Below, one piece after another: positions 16,931 through 31,378 of a DNA stretch of 64,000 bases. The stretch lies in the NCBI RefSeq assembly GCF_009914755.1, contig NC_060947.1; one strand, written 5' to 3'. The translations under genes were made by a program, and so were the position numbers. The stretch comes from the human T2T-CHM13v2.0 reference genome, Homo sapiens. Numbering within the stretch: the stretch's first letter is position 1; each line of letters opens with the position of its first letter. The notes under the pieces were generated by a model, which saw nothing but the letters and a program-made list of their open reading frames with translations, was not told the DNA's origin and did no database searches.

Positions 16931-17620
16931 GAGAGAGAGATGTTTGAAGGGTATTTTAAGTTATGGAATGTTTGCAATGCTACAGTGAATATCCTTGTAC
17001 TGAATCATGTACACTGATGCAAGAAATTCTGTAGGATATATTTCCAGGAATGGAATTGCTCACTCAGAAAGCTTAACTATTTTGCATTTTATATATATTG
17101 GTGAGAAAAACTTCAAAAAGATTGTACAAACTTATAATCACAAAGCAGTAACCGATTGGATGAGATTTTTTTTAAGAGACCATTTTTAATCCATCCAGTT
17201 TAGTCTAGCAACAAGCTGGAATGCTCTAAAAGAAACTCTAAAACACTAATTTGTCTTTTCACTCAAATATGTATCTTTTTCTGAAAAAATGTCTAGTGAA
17301 CTATATATAAAAATCATTCTATAAAGCATTTCTTTTATGTTACTAAATTAATCAGTAGAAAGGACATGTATTATAAAAATATACTGTTGAAAACATGTTT
17401 TCTCAACATCCTAAAAGCTTCAGGCTGTATAGACACAACCCAACTTTGTGTCTAAATGCTGTGTCGTTCATATGTTCCAGCCTTGGTTTCCTTATTCTTA
17501 AAATGAGGAGTTGGAATCTAAGGTCGGTTTCAGATGTAACGACTCCATGATTTTACAATACCTCTTATCAACTGATTGTAGTAACCAAGAGAACTTCCTT
17601 CTCTCTCCTAATAATGACTT

Positions 17621-17914
17621 TTTAAAAAAAAAATTGGAGACAGGGTCTCACTCTGTCACCCAGGTTGGAGAGCAATTATAAGATCCTAATTCACTGCAGC
17701 CTTGACCTCCTGGACTCAAGTGATTCTCCTGTCTCAGCCTCCCGAGTAGCTGGGACCCTGGGTGCGCCACTATGCCCGGATAATCTTTTACTTTTTGTAG
17801 ACACAGGATCCCAGTATGTTGCCCAGGCTGGTCTCGAATTCCTGGACTCAAGTGACCCTCCCACCTCGGCCTCCCAAAGCGCTAGGATTACAGGCTTGAG
17901 CACTGCACCCAGCC
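17621..17914 (-). mobile_element. AluJ
   Basis: dimeric Alu, reverse orientation. Confidence 0.85.
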
Positions 17915-18867
17915 AGAATGACATCGTTTGTCATAGGTTGTGTTTAGTCCGCACAAAAGCACTTTGAGGTCTCAGTATCATTGTGCCCATCTTACAGAGA
18001 GGAAACTAAGGCACGGAAAGGTCAGTAACTTTTCTGAGACCACAGAGCAAGGCAGGGGTGGCAGAGGAGCAAAACTGCAATCCCCGGGGGCTGGGACAAC
18101 AGAGCCACATTCTTTCTCTTTTCCTCCCTTTCTTCCCTATTGTTAACAGATGGAAGCAAATCTCAAAGTGAACCCTACAAAAATTTTGACATTGCATTCC
18201 ATAGCTTAGATAGACAATGTTTGTTTCTGTGATCCAAGGGAGAAGATTCTTAAATTATGTTCAATTGAATGTACACATCCAAACGTGGCTTAGCTTCTTT
18301 ATGTCTTATGCTGTAAGAGTCTTTTTATGATTTGTTTTGATTTTTATGTTTTTTAAATTTTTCTAGGATATGTGCTTGATAGTACTGAAACAAAGGCAGA
18401 AAAGAATCCTGGGGTAGGGGGGTGAGTGGGAGGGAAGTCTCTTTAAGGTCAAATTGAGTTACTGTCTCTTGCAGATGAAGATGAATATGCTCTCTCTCAC
18501 CAGACAGATTCTTGTGGCCCACGGAGAAATCTGAGCTAGTTCCCTTTTCTTGCTAATGAAGGGTCATCACTGAGGAGACTGAAGGGGAATTTTTCAAACC
18601 AGGTGAGACTAAGTGTGCAGGGTAGGCTCTCAACAGATGTTGGCAGCTGCCTTTCCCTCAAGGTCCCACCTCCCCCACCCCAGACTTCCAGACACAGGCA
18701 GCTCAGGACATTTTCGTACTTTGTGCCAGGCAAGAGATGCTCTTCAAATCTGTGACACGTTGGAAAGTTTTTTTTTTCTTTCAAATCACTTGGATGTTCC
18801 ACATCTCCAAATAGCAAGGAAAAATGCTTGATCTTGCATTTTAAACTTTCTTTCTTGTTGGTCTTAA

Positions 18868-19038
18868 TTTTCTTTATGTATTTATTTATTTTTTAGAGAC
18901 AAGGTCTCCCTCTGTTACCCAGGCTGGAGGGCAGTGGTGTGATCATGGCTTACTGCAGCCTCAAACTCTTGGGCTCAAAGGATCTTCCTGCCTCACCCTC
19001 CAAGTAGCTGGGACCACAGAGGTGCACCACCATGCCCA
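18868..19038 (-). mobile_element. Alu right monomer (FRAM-like)
   Basis: single right arm with (TTTA)n tail. Confidence 0.8.
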
Positions 19039-20007
19039 AGACAAAGAGTCTCAGGCTGAGAGGCAGCAAGTGCAAAGGCCCTGGCAGGGTGGGAGACTGC
19101 TCACTGTGTCGCAGGGAAGGAGAGGAGACCTACAGTGACTGATGGGCGGTCATGGCGTGTGAGCAATGAAGAAGGCTGATGAGGCCCCACCCATTGGCCT
19201 TATATCACTGGGATCTTTTTCTCATGCAATGGGCAGCTAATGGAAGGTTTAGAGCAAGGGAATGAAGGGCTCTGATGATTCATAATAATAATAGCATAGT
19301 GTGACTATTATGATCATTTTAGAACTATCACTCTTCTAGCAGGATTAGGAAAGAGGCCCTACACCAAAAACATAGACAGGGAGACCCAGTCCAGGAACAG
19401 GTGGAGATGATGGATTAGCAAGGGAGGGCAGGGACTGAAGAGCCGTGGGTACTGAGTGCACCAAGGGCACTGAGAGAAGGCCTGGGCTGCTGATTCCATG
19501 CTCTTGTGTTGCTTTGCTTTAGTGTTACTGCTGTCCTGCCCTTTGGCCAAGGGAAAAGATAAGAGTAATTTGAAAGGAAATATCCCTGGGAGAATAACAG
19601 CTTGTTTACCTGAAACGGATAATTCCTTGGAACAGGACTTGCCAGCTTTCAAGGATTCTAAAATTATGAGGCCAATCTGCACTTTAACCTGGACATGATC
19701 AGGATGTACTAAACTGAGACCGGGGAACCAGCCCTGGAGTTAAGACTCCTATTTTCAGTTTTGCTTTCGACCTTCCATAAACTGTTCCAATTCTCACTCA
19801 TCTCCTGATACCATATTATTTTGGGCATCACATTTCCATGACTTGACTCCCTACACAAATTCTGCTTTGAAGCTTTTTCTATGCTGAAGCCACAATGGAT
19901 CAATTCAGTCCAATAACAGCTCAGCGGAAGGGAAGGGAAGTCAGTCAAAGCAGGGATTTGGTGTCAAGTAAACACAATAATAGGCTTTTAACTGAATGAG
20001 TCTTTCC

Positions 20008-20336
<329 letters not shown>

Positions 20337-21505
20337 CGTCTTTCCCTTTTTAGCCAATTATTTTGTTGTGTAGACAGAGCCTCAACCAGCCCCGGTACCA
20401 TTTGTCTCTTCCCAACGACTCCTCCCTATTCTCCTTCCTGGTAGTTCTGTGGGCTCCTTCATGCTGGTTTCCATGCCACAACCTATCTGGAATCTTGGAA
20501 TTGCAGAACTTCAGAGGAAAGAGAAGTCTGGAGTATATCTGAAGTCATGACAAACAACTTCCTTTCCCCATAGCTGATAAAGAATGGGCCTGCAGGTCCC
20601 ATATGAAGGGAAGGTGTGAACACCCTGCATGATAGGAAACAGTTTACAATGCCCTGGAGGTCCCTATGATTCACTGAGCAGTGCTGGACAACTAGACAAA
20701 AGCAAATATATCCACCCGGTTCAGGGGGCTTAGCCAGCTGTTTACCACGCCAGCAGTTTTCCTGTTTCACACCCCATATCCTTAATATAGGGCATTCTCT
20801 TAAGGGACCTATCATGTCCCTTCCAGTACACTCATTGTCAGTCTTTCCTTTTTTCTCCTCCCTTCACTCTTTCCACATTTCATCCAAATTGTTCTCTTTT
20901 CCTCCCCCTCCAGGGGAGAACAGGAGGATGGCCTGTGCCTGTTTCCAGTCTTACCATGAGCACAGCCAGTTGGTGTTTACACATGAAACGGAACTAACTG
21001 ATCTCCTATGCATGTACATCAGAGGGAAGTACCTGTTTTCCTTTGAATTCAATAGGCAGCTAATGAGTTTTCCATTCCTTCTGATCTCAACCTGCTGTCA
21101 CGTCCACTAGTGGGTGATCTTCTTTCTGTTGCAAAAGAAGACTTTCTGAACTCCTATGTGGGTGGTCATTTATGAAGGTTGATTGGTGTTTGAAAATAAT
21201 TTAGAACTCTGTATGTTCATATGTGTATGTGTGTATGTGTAAAAATAAAACTTGATTGGCATGACATCATGGGTGCTGGGAGTGGGTCTGGTAACCAGAA
21301 TAAAAAGTGGTCTTCTCTGTCCCTTGTCTAGCCACAATTAGGAGAGAGTATGGATTGTCAGGAAATGGAGCTTGTTCCACCCTCTCACTGTGGCTTAAGA
21401 ATTTTCTTCTCAACAATGAAAAGATGCACAGATCATAGTACAGGAGATAATAAGAGTCACTCTTGCTATCTTCAGCAGATCATAGTTGTACACCATTCTA
21501 TAAAA

Positions 21506-21509
<4 letters not shown>

Positions 21510-21550
<41 letters not shown>
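21510..21550 (+). repeat. (GA)n microsatellite
   Basis: direct reading. Confidence 0.95.
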
Positions 21551-21555
<5 letters not shown>

Positions 21556-23429
21556 TCTTTGTAGGAATAAACATAGAAAGCCATTTTATCTACAAAGCCA
21601 ATTCAACCTGGACTGCAGTACTTACAATCATAAAGTTCTAGTTAGGTTATTAGTTAGTGGTTGACAACCATAAAGTACCAGTTAGGTTATTAGTTAGTGA
21701 TTGGAGGGATGCAAAAGCTGACTTGAATACATGACTTCAATCACTTGGACACATGTTTAATTTCCTGTAAGAAAGCTGCAGAAAATCAATGACCTAAATA
21801 TCTGAACTTGGGTATTTCCAAGGAAACCACCAGACTTCCCCATTGTCTTAGATTAAATACAATTAATAAAATGCCTAACAGACCCCAGAGTTCTTCTGTG
21901 TAATTAGATCAATAGCAGTACAACATCTGAGATTTACTTCTCTCTCCAACAAGACCCTTTAGGCTTGGTAACACATCCAAGTGGAAGAGGAAAGAAAGAA
22001 AGAAAAACCCAAAACCAAAAGCACAAATAAAACTACCGCTGAAATTAAGAAGTTAGGATCTTCCCAAAGGCAAGCAACTAAACTCATTCTACCAGTGAGA
22101 CTGAGTGGAACCCTCTGCTCAGCCATTCCTCAGCATTGGACATGGCTTATTCTTGATGTTTGTATAAAATATGGGTTGGTCCACAGGAAAGACATTCATT
22201 TTAAAAATAAGATAAAAAATATGAGTTAGCATCAATAAAATTCTACGTTTTAAGAAATGCAGGTTGGTATTATCAGCCCTGATTTGCAGATAGAAAAACT
22301 GGCTGTGAGATCATCAGCAATCCTGACGTCTAGAAGATTTCAAGGCCGGGACTCAAACCTACGACTCTATAGTGTAGAGCTTATGCTGTCTCCTTAAATA
22401 GTCATGGCTTCGCTAGGCTCACTAGAGGGAGATGATTTCACATACAATATTTAAAAAGTAAGGATGTAGGGGCAATGAAAATGTGGCCCAACTATATCTT
22501 AAAAGGAAGATAGTTCACTGGCATATCAGGTCATGAAACAACCACGAGTGTGAACTAGGAAACCACAATGCATGTGAGAATGGCCCAAACACAATTGACT
22601 GCACCATCTGGAGAAAAGGTGAAGCCTACACAGAATGCCAAGTAGAAAAATGAGATGGGTTTATGTCAAGCGAAGATTAACATTTCATGTATCTTCTCAC
22701 TTTAAGCACTTCGTCCTGCTTCTGGTATATCCCTTCACCCTGAGCTGAAGCGAGTTCATTAGTTAGGTGGAAAACAAGAGGAAAGCCAGTGGAAACTGAC
22801 ACTCTTTTTAGATTGTAACCCCTACTTGGGGCAAACCTACAGGATCTCAATGACAGAGGTTTGCTTTCTTAGTAAACAGCCTTGGAAATTCCCCCTCATC
22901 TTCCTTCATGGGTCTGGTGTTCTTCATCATTTTACCAGTGACTTATATGTTGGGAGAGAAAACCTGCTTGCTAGATATTAAGCTTATTAAGAGAAGAGGA
23001 TAGGAGTTGGAAGGGTGGGAGTTGAGTACTTAGCATCTTGCAAGACAGTATCAGAATTTGAAAGAGATCAGAGGAAATTGAAAAATAATTCATAAACATA
23101 AAGTACAATAAATGCTTGTAGAATAAATAATAAAACAATGCAAAGCAATTATCCTAGGGAAAATAGAGATAGAGAAGTTGGTTATAACGCAAAAGGTCTA
23201 TGGATCATGGTGATGGTACTTTTGCTTCTGAAATAAAAACTTAAGATGTATCACAACAAGCATAAATGCACTTCATAACACCAGTTCATTGAGTGCCTAC
23301 TTAATTAATTCTGCTGAGATACTGATGAGGTACAGAAAAGGAAAGCGAGAATCAAAATAGTTTGACTGCCTGTTGGGCACTCAAAGGGTAGTTCTTGATT
23401 GATGCATTAAAATGTACTGTTTTTGCAGT

Positions 23430-23800
23430 CTTCAGCTTTATTGAGGCATCACTGACAAACAATAAACTGCACCTGTTTAAAATGTGCAATATGGTGAGTT
23501 TTGATGTATACACACATCTGTAAAACTGTCGCCACAATCAGGATGATCAACTTATCTATCATCCCTAAAACTTCCTCATGCCTCTTGGTAATCCCTCCCT
23601 CTCCGCTCCCAGTACCCGGGCAACTACTGATCTACTTTCTGTGACTATAGATTATATTTTATAGACTCAATTTTATATAAATGAAATCACCCAGCAGATC
23701 TTTTGAGTCTAGCCTCTTTCATGCAGCATAATAATTTTAAGAGTCATCATGTTGTCTTAAGTGTCAATATTTCATTTATTTTTATTCCTGAGTAGTGGTG
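23430..23800 (-). mobile_element. Old L1M 3' end
   Basis: cagctttattgagg...aataaactgcac...gcaactactgatctactttctgtgactatagatt. Confidence 0.7.
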
Positions 23801-26800
23801 TTTCATGTAGCTTATTTTTTGGTGCTCAGTTATTACTTCCCTGGAGAGATTAGTCAGTTGACACATTCTTATCCTATTTCTTTATTCTGTACTTTTTGTT
23901 TAACTCACATCATAGACTCACTAAATATTTATATGAATTTATTCAAGGATTTGGTTCAAAAATGAACATCTCTTCGAGAGGATTCTATTGGGGGTCATTC
24001 ATTCATTTGTTCATTAAGTCATTCAGCAAATATCAATTAAGCCCTTACTAGGTCGCAGGCACGGTGCTAGGCACTGGGGATACAATAATAAAGAAAAGAG
24101 ACATGCATCCCTCACATTCTAATGAGAGGAGACATGTGGCAAACACAATAAAAGCAAAAATTATTAGTATGTTAGAAGCCAACACATGTGATTTAGACAT
24201 AATAGAACAGGCTGAAGAGCCAACAGGCATCATCCTAACAATGCAGCCCGGATTCCAAACAGCTCCTGCAAATTGGACTGAGTGTAGACTTTGGCATGGT
24301 TTTCTCAGTCACACTTATAAAAGCCCCATGGAAATCAACTTCCAACAGGACTTCAAAGAAACGGAGGCTGCCATGAATGGTCAGGTATTAGGGAATGAGG
24401 TCATCCTTCCACTGAACACTCCCCTACATCCCCTGCAGGTGTGTATGTCTTAAGCTTTTGTGCTCACCTGCAGGAGAAAGGCCAGAAAGTGGCTGCCACA
24501 TTCTTCTCCCCCAACTGCAGGAGTGAGGCCACAGAGGTTTACCTGGGAAGAATACTCTCCACAAACTTAAATCTCAGCACATTACACTGGTAAATGTCAC
24601 ATTCCAGTTCCAGATATCAATCTGGATCCAGGAATGTATGTGCTTCACTCATTCCAAGCACTCATTTGTTTGGTTTGGGGGAGGAGAGACAAGGCTAGAG
24701 CAATCTGAAAGTTCAATCAAGCCAAAATACCTTGCTCAAAAACTGATAAAACAGGGCCCCCAATCCATAACCAGAGAATGTTGGGCACTTTCTTCTCTGC
24801 AGAAATGTTTTTGCATTTAAGTTTAGGTAGATTTAAGAGAGGAGTGTAAGGAGAGAGTTTCTGTAACCAGAGGAGGGGAGGCTTCCCCGCCTGCCTCCGG
24901 AGCTTCTCCTCCAGGGTGATCTGGCAGCCATTCAAGGCAGCCTGAACTTTCTGAGAGACTTGATTTCCTGTTCCCACTGCCTCAGCCGACTGGAGGACTA
25001 GGGTGACCCGGGGTGGGGAGCAAGGGACACTGGTTAGTTTAGGATCAGCGGGTGGGAACTGTTTATCCCAACATGCTTAGAAATTCTTCCAGCAGCAACT
25101 GTAAAAATAAAAGTCTGAACTGTACAAGAAACTTAAGTTATTTCAACAGTGAACTTCAATCATGAGATTCTTGAATATCTTTTGGGAAGACAAGTTATTT
25201 TGTTTGTTTCATTCATTTAAAATATAAAACAACAGACTTCTTATAATGCAGAGGGGACCTCACTGTCACCTAGTTCAACTCACATATTTTACAGATGATG
25301 CAGAGTTCAGAACTATTCATTGACAATGGCTGGGGGGATGGGAGCAAGATCCATGTTTCCTGGCTCTGAACTCAGTGCAATTTCCTCCATGGATTATAAA
25401 GAAGTGCAATTCCAAATGCCACGCCTTAGGGGGAAATTTACTATATGTAAATTATACCTCACAACCTGACTTAAAAAAAAAAGTATATGTTATCCCTGCT
25501 TCCTCCTGAACCTGGGTCTGCCTGACACCAAAGCCCCGGGGCTTTCCGCTCTCTGCCTCTCAGTAGTCTTATTGTCATTCCTGTGAATCCATGGTCCTTT
25601 AGTGGTTTATGTTTGAGGAGGGAGCTGTGGACTGAATAAACTATGCAGCACAAAGGCATTAACCATGGATTAATGGGAAAGAAAAGCTTGCTGAGTTCTG
25701 AGTCTGACGGGTCAAGAGCTTCTGATGGTGTCATGCAAATTTCACTTCCCAATGAAATCAGTCACTCTTCGTGTAGAGGGGCCATCATATCTTAGCCAGT
25801 TCCTGCTTGGGGTTCAGAAGAGAAAACAAAACAGTTTGCCCCATGGTGGGAAAGGGACATTTGGTATTCTCCTTGGCTTCCTAGCTAATTACAAAGTGTT
25901 AATGACATTCAAAGGAAACTTGCCTCCTTCAGGGCTTTACAAATAAGGAAGGGCGGGGGAAGGTGAGCCAAAGAACAGACAGGGGCTCCAGTGAAACACA
26001 GGGCACAACCAGTCAGCTCCCAGAGCGGGAGGCAGCCTTAATTTACAAAGGAAATAGACACCCCAGCACAGGCTGAAATTGGGTGGGACCAAGAGTTCTT
26101 AAACTAATCACAGCTGGTTTCCAAACCTCAAAGATTTGTTATTGCAAAAACATTCTCAAGCAGTAGATGAATAGATTGAATGGCGACAGAACAAAGAAAA
26201 GATGGAGACATTTTCCCCACAGCGGCTTCAAGACAGGTTCAGAGAGGTATGAACTAGCAAAGTAACACATTTATCCAATCAACATTTTTTACCCATCTCC
26301 TACACTGGGTCTGAGGACACAGCTATCACATAACATTTGACCTCCTCTAGTATCCTACAGAAAAACAACTAAAGCACCTTTGTGCAACTCAGAACTACAA
26401 GCTCTTCCTTATGATTTGGACAACAGGTGCCTTCAAAGAATGGTTCTTTTTCCTATATTTTCCTTCCCTTCTCTTAATGGAGAATTTTTTCTTCCACCCT
26501 AAAAAGGAAACACGACCATCAGTTTCCCAAATATGAAGAGGGAAATGCATGTGTGTATAAACAGTGGTTACCACCTAGTAGAATTTTAAGCCTTTAAGGA
26601 TTTTCCCCCCTAACGATTGCAATTTCCTTCAGTTACTATTGTCCTATGTCTTATATCCAATGTATTATTTAGGTATTTCTTTACAGGCTTTTTAAGATTT
26701 ACAGGTGTACCTGATCAAAAATAGCTGGAAAGATCTGAGATGTTTTTTACTGGATAATTTATTCCGTGTGTACCCAACAGCCAAGCACTTGGCAAATGAC

Positions 26801-26811
26801 CAAAAATATGA

Positions 26812-27127
<316 letters not shown>

Positions 27128-28209
27128 TAGAAAGCCAGAATAGCTCATGCAAGAAATAAGCAGCTGACAGATTAAAATGGCAACTTTATGCTTTAATGGC
27201 AACATAAACTATCCAGAAGGGACATTTATTGGTTCAACAAGAATTGATTTTCTTCGCTCTCAACTATTAACAGGTCTTCTCTTTCTAAAAGATAGGAATG
27301 TGTGCTCCAGTAACTAATTTGTTTATGTGTAACTAATACATTGAGAGAATCTCTGTAAGACATCTTTCTCTGGCACTTATTTTATCTTGATCCTGGATGG
27401 AAGATAATGATAACCAAGTGACCTGTTTGTTGACTAGGGCACACTTCAAAGCAGGTATGGATATCTGATTTAATGTACATTAGCAGGACATCGATGCAAG
27501 CGTATGAGTACTGAGACAGGTAGGCAAGTGGCAGGGTGAACTTCACTCCTTAAAATAGTGAGCTCAAGAGACATAACTACCTAAGCTGTCTGATTTTGTT
27601 CCATATGCTCTTTTAAAGTGATATAAGGCAAAATATATTTAACTGGTTAATTAGTGAAAATGTACCAACAAAGGATGTCTGGTTAATTCATGGAAAATGG
27701 GAATTTTGAATAAATTTAAAGGTAATGTTTGAATTAGGCAAATAAAATTAATTCTTGTGTTTGCATAAACACAGAGATTGGAGAATTGCTGTGTATTCAG
27801 TGTTCTTTCAAATGACCGATCATTCATTTATTTAGTACATGTGTATTGTGCACCTCTTGTATGGGTGGGAACACACCAGGTTCCAAAAATAAGACTGGGA
27901 CTATGATAAAATTTTTACTCTCAAGGGTAACAGTTAAGTAAATAACAGCCACAATATGGGGTTTGAGAGGTACACAACCACTAAAAGAGAGGAAAAGGGA
28001 CACAATTTTGTTTGAGAACTAACAGATTCCAGAAAAGGTAAAGAATTAGGTGGTCTTTGACACAAGTCTTAAAAGAGTAAGCAGCAGGCACTTGCCACAC
28101 ATAGAGGAAAGAAAGTACAGCAGACAAAGAATAGGCCAGTCATGGTTATTAACTATCAACTAGTCCATCTTTACCACTTACTTGCTATTCGTTCCTGGAC
28201 ACAATTGAT

Positions 28210-28537
28210 CTCAGGGAGGTAGTGAGTAGAATGGTGGTTACCAGAGGCTGGAAATGGTAGGAGGGATGTCAGGGAAAAAGAAATGCTGGACAATGGGTAT
28301 AAACATACAGTTAGAGAGAAGAAATAAGCTCTAGTGTTCAATAGCACACTCGAGTAACTACAGTTATCCTGTATTTCAAAATACCTAGATGAGATTTGCA
28401 ATGTTCTCGGCACAAAAAATGATAAAAGTTTGAGATGATGAATATCCCAACTACCCTGATATGATCTTTACATATTCATGAATCAAAATATCACATGTAC
28501 CCCATATGTATTTACAACTATTACATATCAATAAAAA
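28210..28537 (+). mobile_element. L1MA-type 3' end
   Basis: agtagaatggtggttaccagaggctgg...atcacatgtacccc...aataaaa. Confidence 0.75.
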
Positions 28538-29554
28538 TCATGAAGATATTGATAACTAATAGCTAACATTTATTCAACATGTACCATGTGTCTAACCTTC
28601 TCACCATCATTGTTTCCTCTGACACTCACAGTAACCCTCTGACACAGATACCATCATCACTGTCTGTTTTACAAATAAATAAGAATAAAAAGAATTGATT
28701 TCAATGTGTTTTGGGTGAGCAGCGCTGAGAGAGCCCTGATTCACTTGGATAAGAATGCAATGCGCTGTCTGGTTCTGGTTCAATTTTACATCTCAGAGCT
28801 TATGTACTGTGAGTGCAATAAATGAGGTGTGTGCACAGAAATTCAGGGCAGAGTTAAGCTCCTCCTAAGGAGTGAGTCAAGTATTTCTGATTTGACTGGA
28901 TCACCTTAATTTAGATATCTTTACAAAGATATTAACCCATCAATCCAAGATGAAATTTTAACTAACATCAGGGAGATGAGATGGCCCTTTCCCTCTGGTA
29001 TCAAAAGAAACCCTCTCCAAGAGGCAGAGGCAAGAGACTCTGTATCTCCTGGGTTTCAGTTGCTGAAGGAAAGGACTTGCCACTGGTCTGTGGGAAAACT
29101 TTCTTGGGAGCTGTCTTTGCGTTTGAACTCTGAATTTTGTTCAGTACATCATTGTTCTAAGGATATATTTAGTGTTTTGTGAGTGTACATTTCAACATTC
29201 AGCTGTTGAGTGAGACAGTATTACGAGACATGATGCTCTTGATATCAGCCATTCTTCAAAGGGGGCGTTTATTATGGAACAAAAGAAAATATGTGCTTCA
29301 ATCTAGAATTTAAAAGCACTAACTGCAACGTTTCAAGCATATATAAATAAATGTTATCTGTCTTACCATTTTCGGGAGAAAAGTGAATCTTTACATTTGT
29401 TTTAGTGTGACTTGTTTCTGATATTCTAACCTAAAATTTCATGGTCACAAAAAAGTACAAATTAAATGTTCTCTTTATGAAAAATAAAACAGGGACTATA
29501 GCACAGGTGATGTGAGAAAAATAGTCACTAAAAAAAAAAGGAACCAAGAGTGAA

Positions 29555-29888
29555 CAGTGAAGTAATCTATGGACTTGGGGTGATAATGATATGTCAATGT
29601 AAGTTCATGGGGTGTAAGAAAGGCACCACTCTGGTGGGGGATATGGATAGTGGGGAAGGCTATGGTAGGAGAACAGGGGGTAAATGAGAAATCTCTAGAC
29701 CTTCAGATCAATTTGTTGTGAACTAAAAACAATTCTAAAAAATAAAGTCATATATATGTGTATGTGTGTGCATATATTCACATATACGTATATGCATATT
29801 ATATATGTATAGATACGTGGAATGCATATATACATAAACACACACACACACACATATATATACACATTTATACACACACATACACACA
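29555..29888 (+). mobile_element. L1MC-type 3' end followed by (TA)/(TG)/(CA) low-complexity tract
   Basis: tatggacttggggtgataatgatatgtcaatgta...ctaaaaaataaagtc, then alternating purine-pyrimidine run. Confidence 0.7.
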
Positions 29889-31049
29889 CCCCTAATAACT
29901 TTTAAGGACAAAAACTTTCTTCCCTTCAGAATATCTGCCAAAGTGACTTAAAGTACACCTTTACTCATTTGAGGTGGTAAGGGGTGGCATAAATATCAAC
30001 TGTTTCATCACTAAGTACATTGTGTCCTAATTCTTGTCCTTCCACTATGGAATAAACCGTTATATAGCCCAGTGTGTATAATAGAACTCTCATATGGACC
30101 TCTGCAGATCTCAAATGAGGATCTTCTTAGAAACTTGAAGTAGTAGTTAGACTTATACACCAACACATGCTTTGGGTAAAAGGAAAATCCTTTATGAAAA
30201 TGCAAACTTTAGGAATTAAATGCTCCCCATAAGGACTCACTTATTCCTGCATAAGTGATTGCAGGCAGAAAAACAGAATCTGAATGAACTTGTTTTTCTT
30301 TTTTTCTTAAACTTGGAAAACCTAGAAAAACAAGAGTGGTATATAGGGGCCAATTAAAATAAAAAGCACAAGGAAAAATGAGAGGAAGTCGCTCCTCTCC
30401 TCCCAATGGGAGTATTGTGTTTTGAACAATTCATGAATGGAATTTCAGAAACTCAGCAAAAGAATACATTTAACTGACTTACTCCAAATATATTCTGAAT
30501 TTCATATTTACTAAATAAAGTGTTTCCAAATGAACATTTTGTATGTTGTTACATGTAACAACTGCACATTACAAAAGGAAAGGTAGGAGAATTCATCACT
30601 TAAGTTTTTAGATGCATGTATACTTAAACTTCCACATACTCCACAAATACTAAACTCGAAAAACAAAGCACCCTACATAATTTACCTTGCCACAGATGTG
30701 AAATAATTGTAAGCATACATAAATGTTAATAAAATACTTTGAATCAATGTTAAGGGGAGATATCACTGAATGGTGGACCAAAACAAACCAAATGGCAATT
30801 TGATGTCTGTGGAAATGACATACCCAGAAGCCGGTGGCTCAGCACTGATATTAATATATCTTGCTCAGTTGTCTCAATCATTTATAGTAGTTTAATTTTT
30901 TCAAGAACACAGATGTTAAGGTACTTTTAATAATTTTGAAAGGCCACAGAGTTTATCTATTTTTTGAAGTCTTGCTTTCATTGGAATTGCTTCTTTAACT
31001 TAATGAGTAAATACAAAGAATGCACAGATAAAATAAGGGTTTGTCTTCT

Positions 31050-31055
31050 TTTATT
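31050..31055 (-). terminator. Candidate FAM9C polyadenylation signal AATAAA
   Basis: plus-strand tttatt downstream of the SYCP3-like terminal exon. Confidence 0.6.
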
Positions 31056-31378
31056 AGAGAAAAATGTACTTTTCCATGCCCGTGCTTTCCACATTTTGGA
31101 ACTGATACAGATCCACAGAGGCCAAACCTAAAACTAAATTATCTTTAATGTTAAAATTTAATTGACTGTGTATGTAACTGTGCAATTGCTGCTTTCTCAC
31201 AGAACTGTCTAGGGTTCATTCAACAGATCATAGAAACGTGGTCTGGCATTTAACAAACAGACTAATAATAGAAGAGATATACTAATTTATACAAGAATTA
31301 ACTAAACACTGTCATGTGGTTTAGTGTAGCTCAAGTTATGCATGTATCATATAACATAGGTTCAAGTTCTTTTGTCAG

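Noticed and set aside
26690-26790. Possible remnant of a further CHPT1 exon (FLLDNLF resembling LFLDQYF)
   Set aside because: Similarity too short and not extendable by eye.
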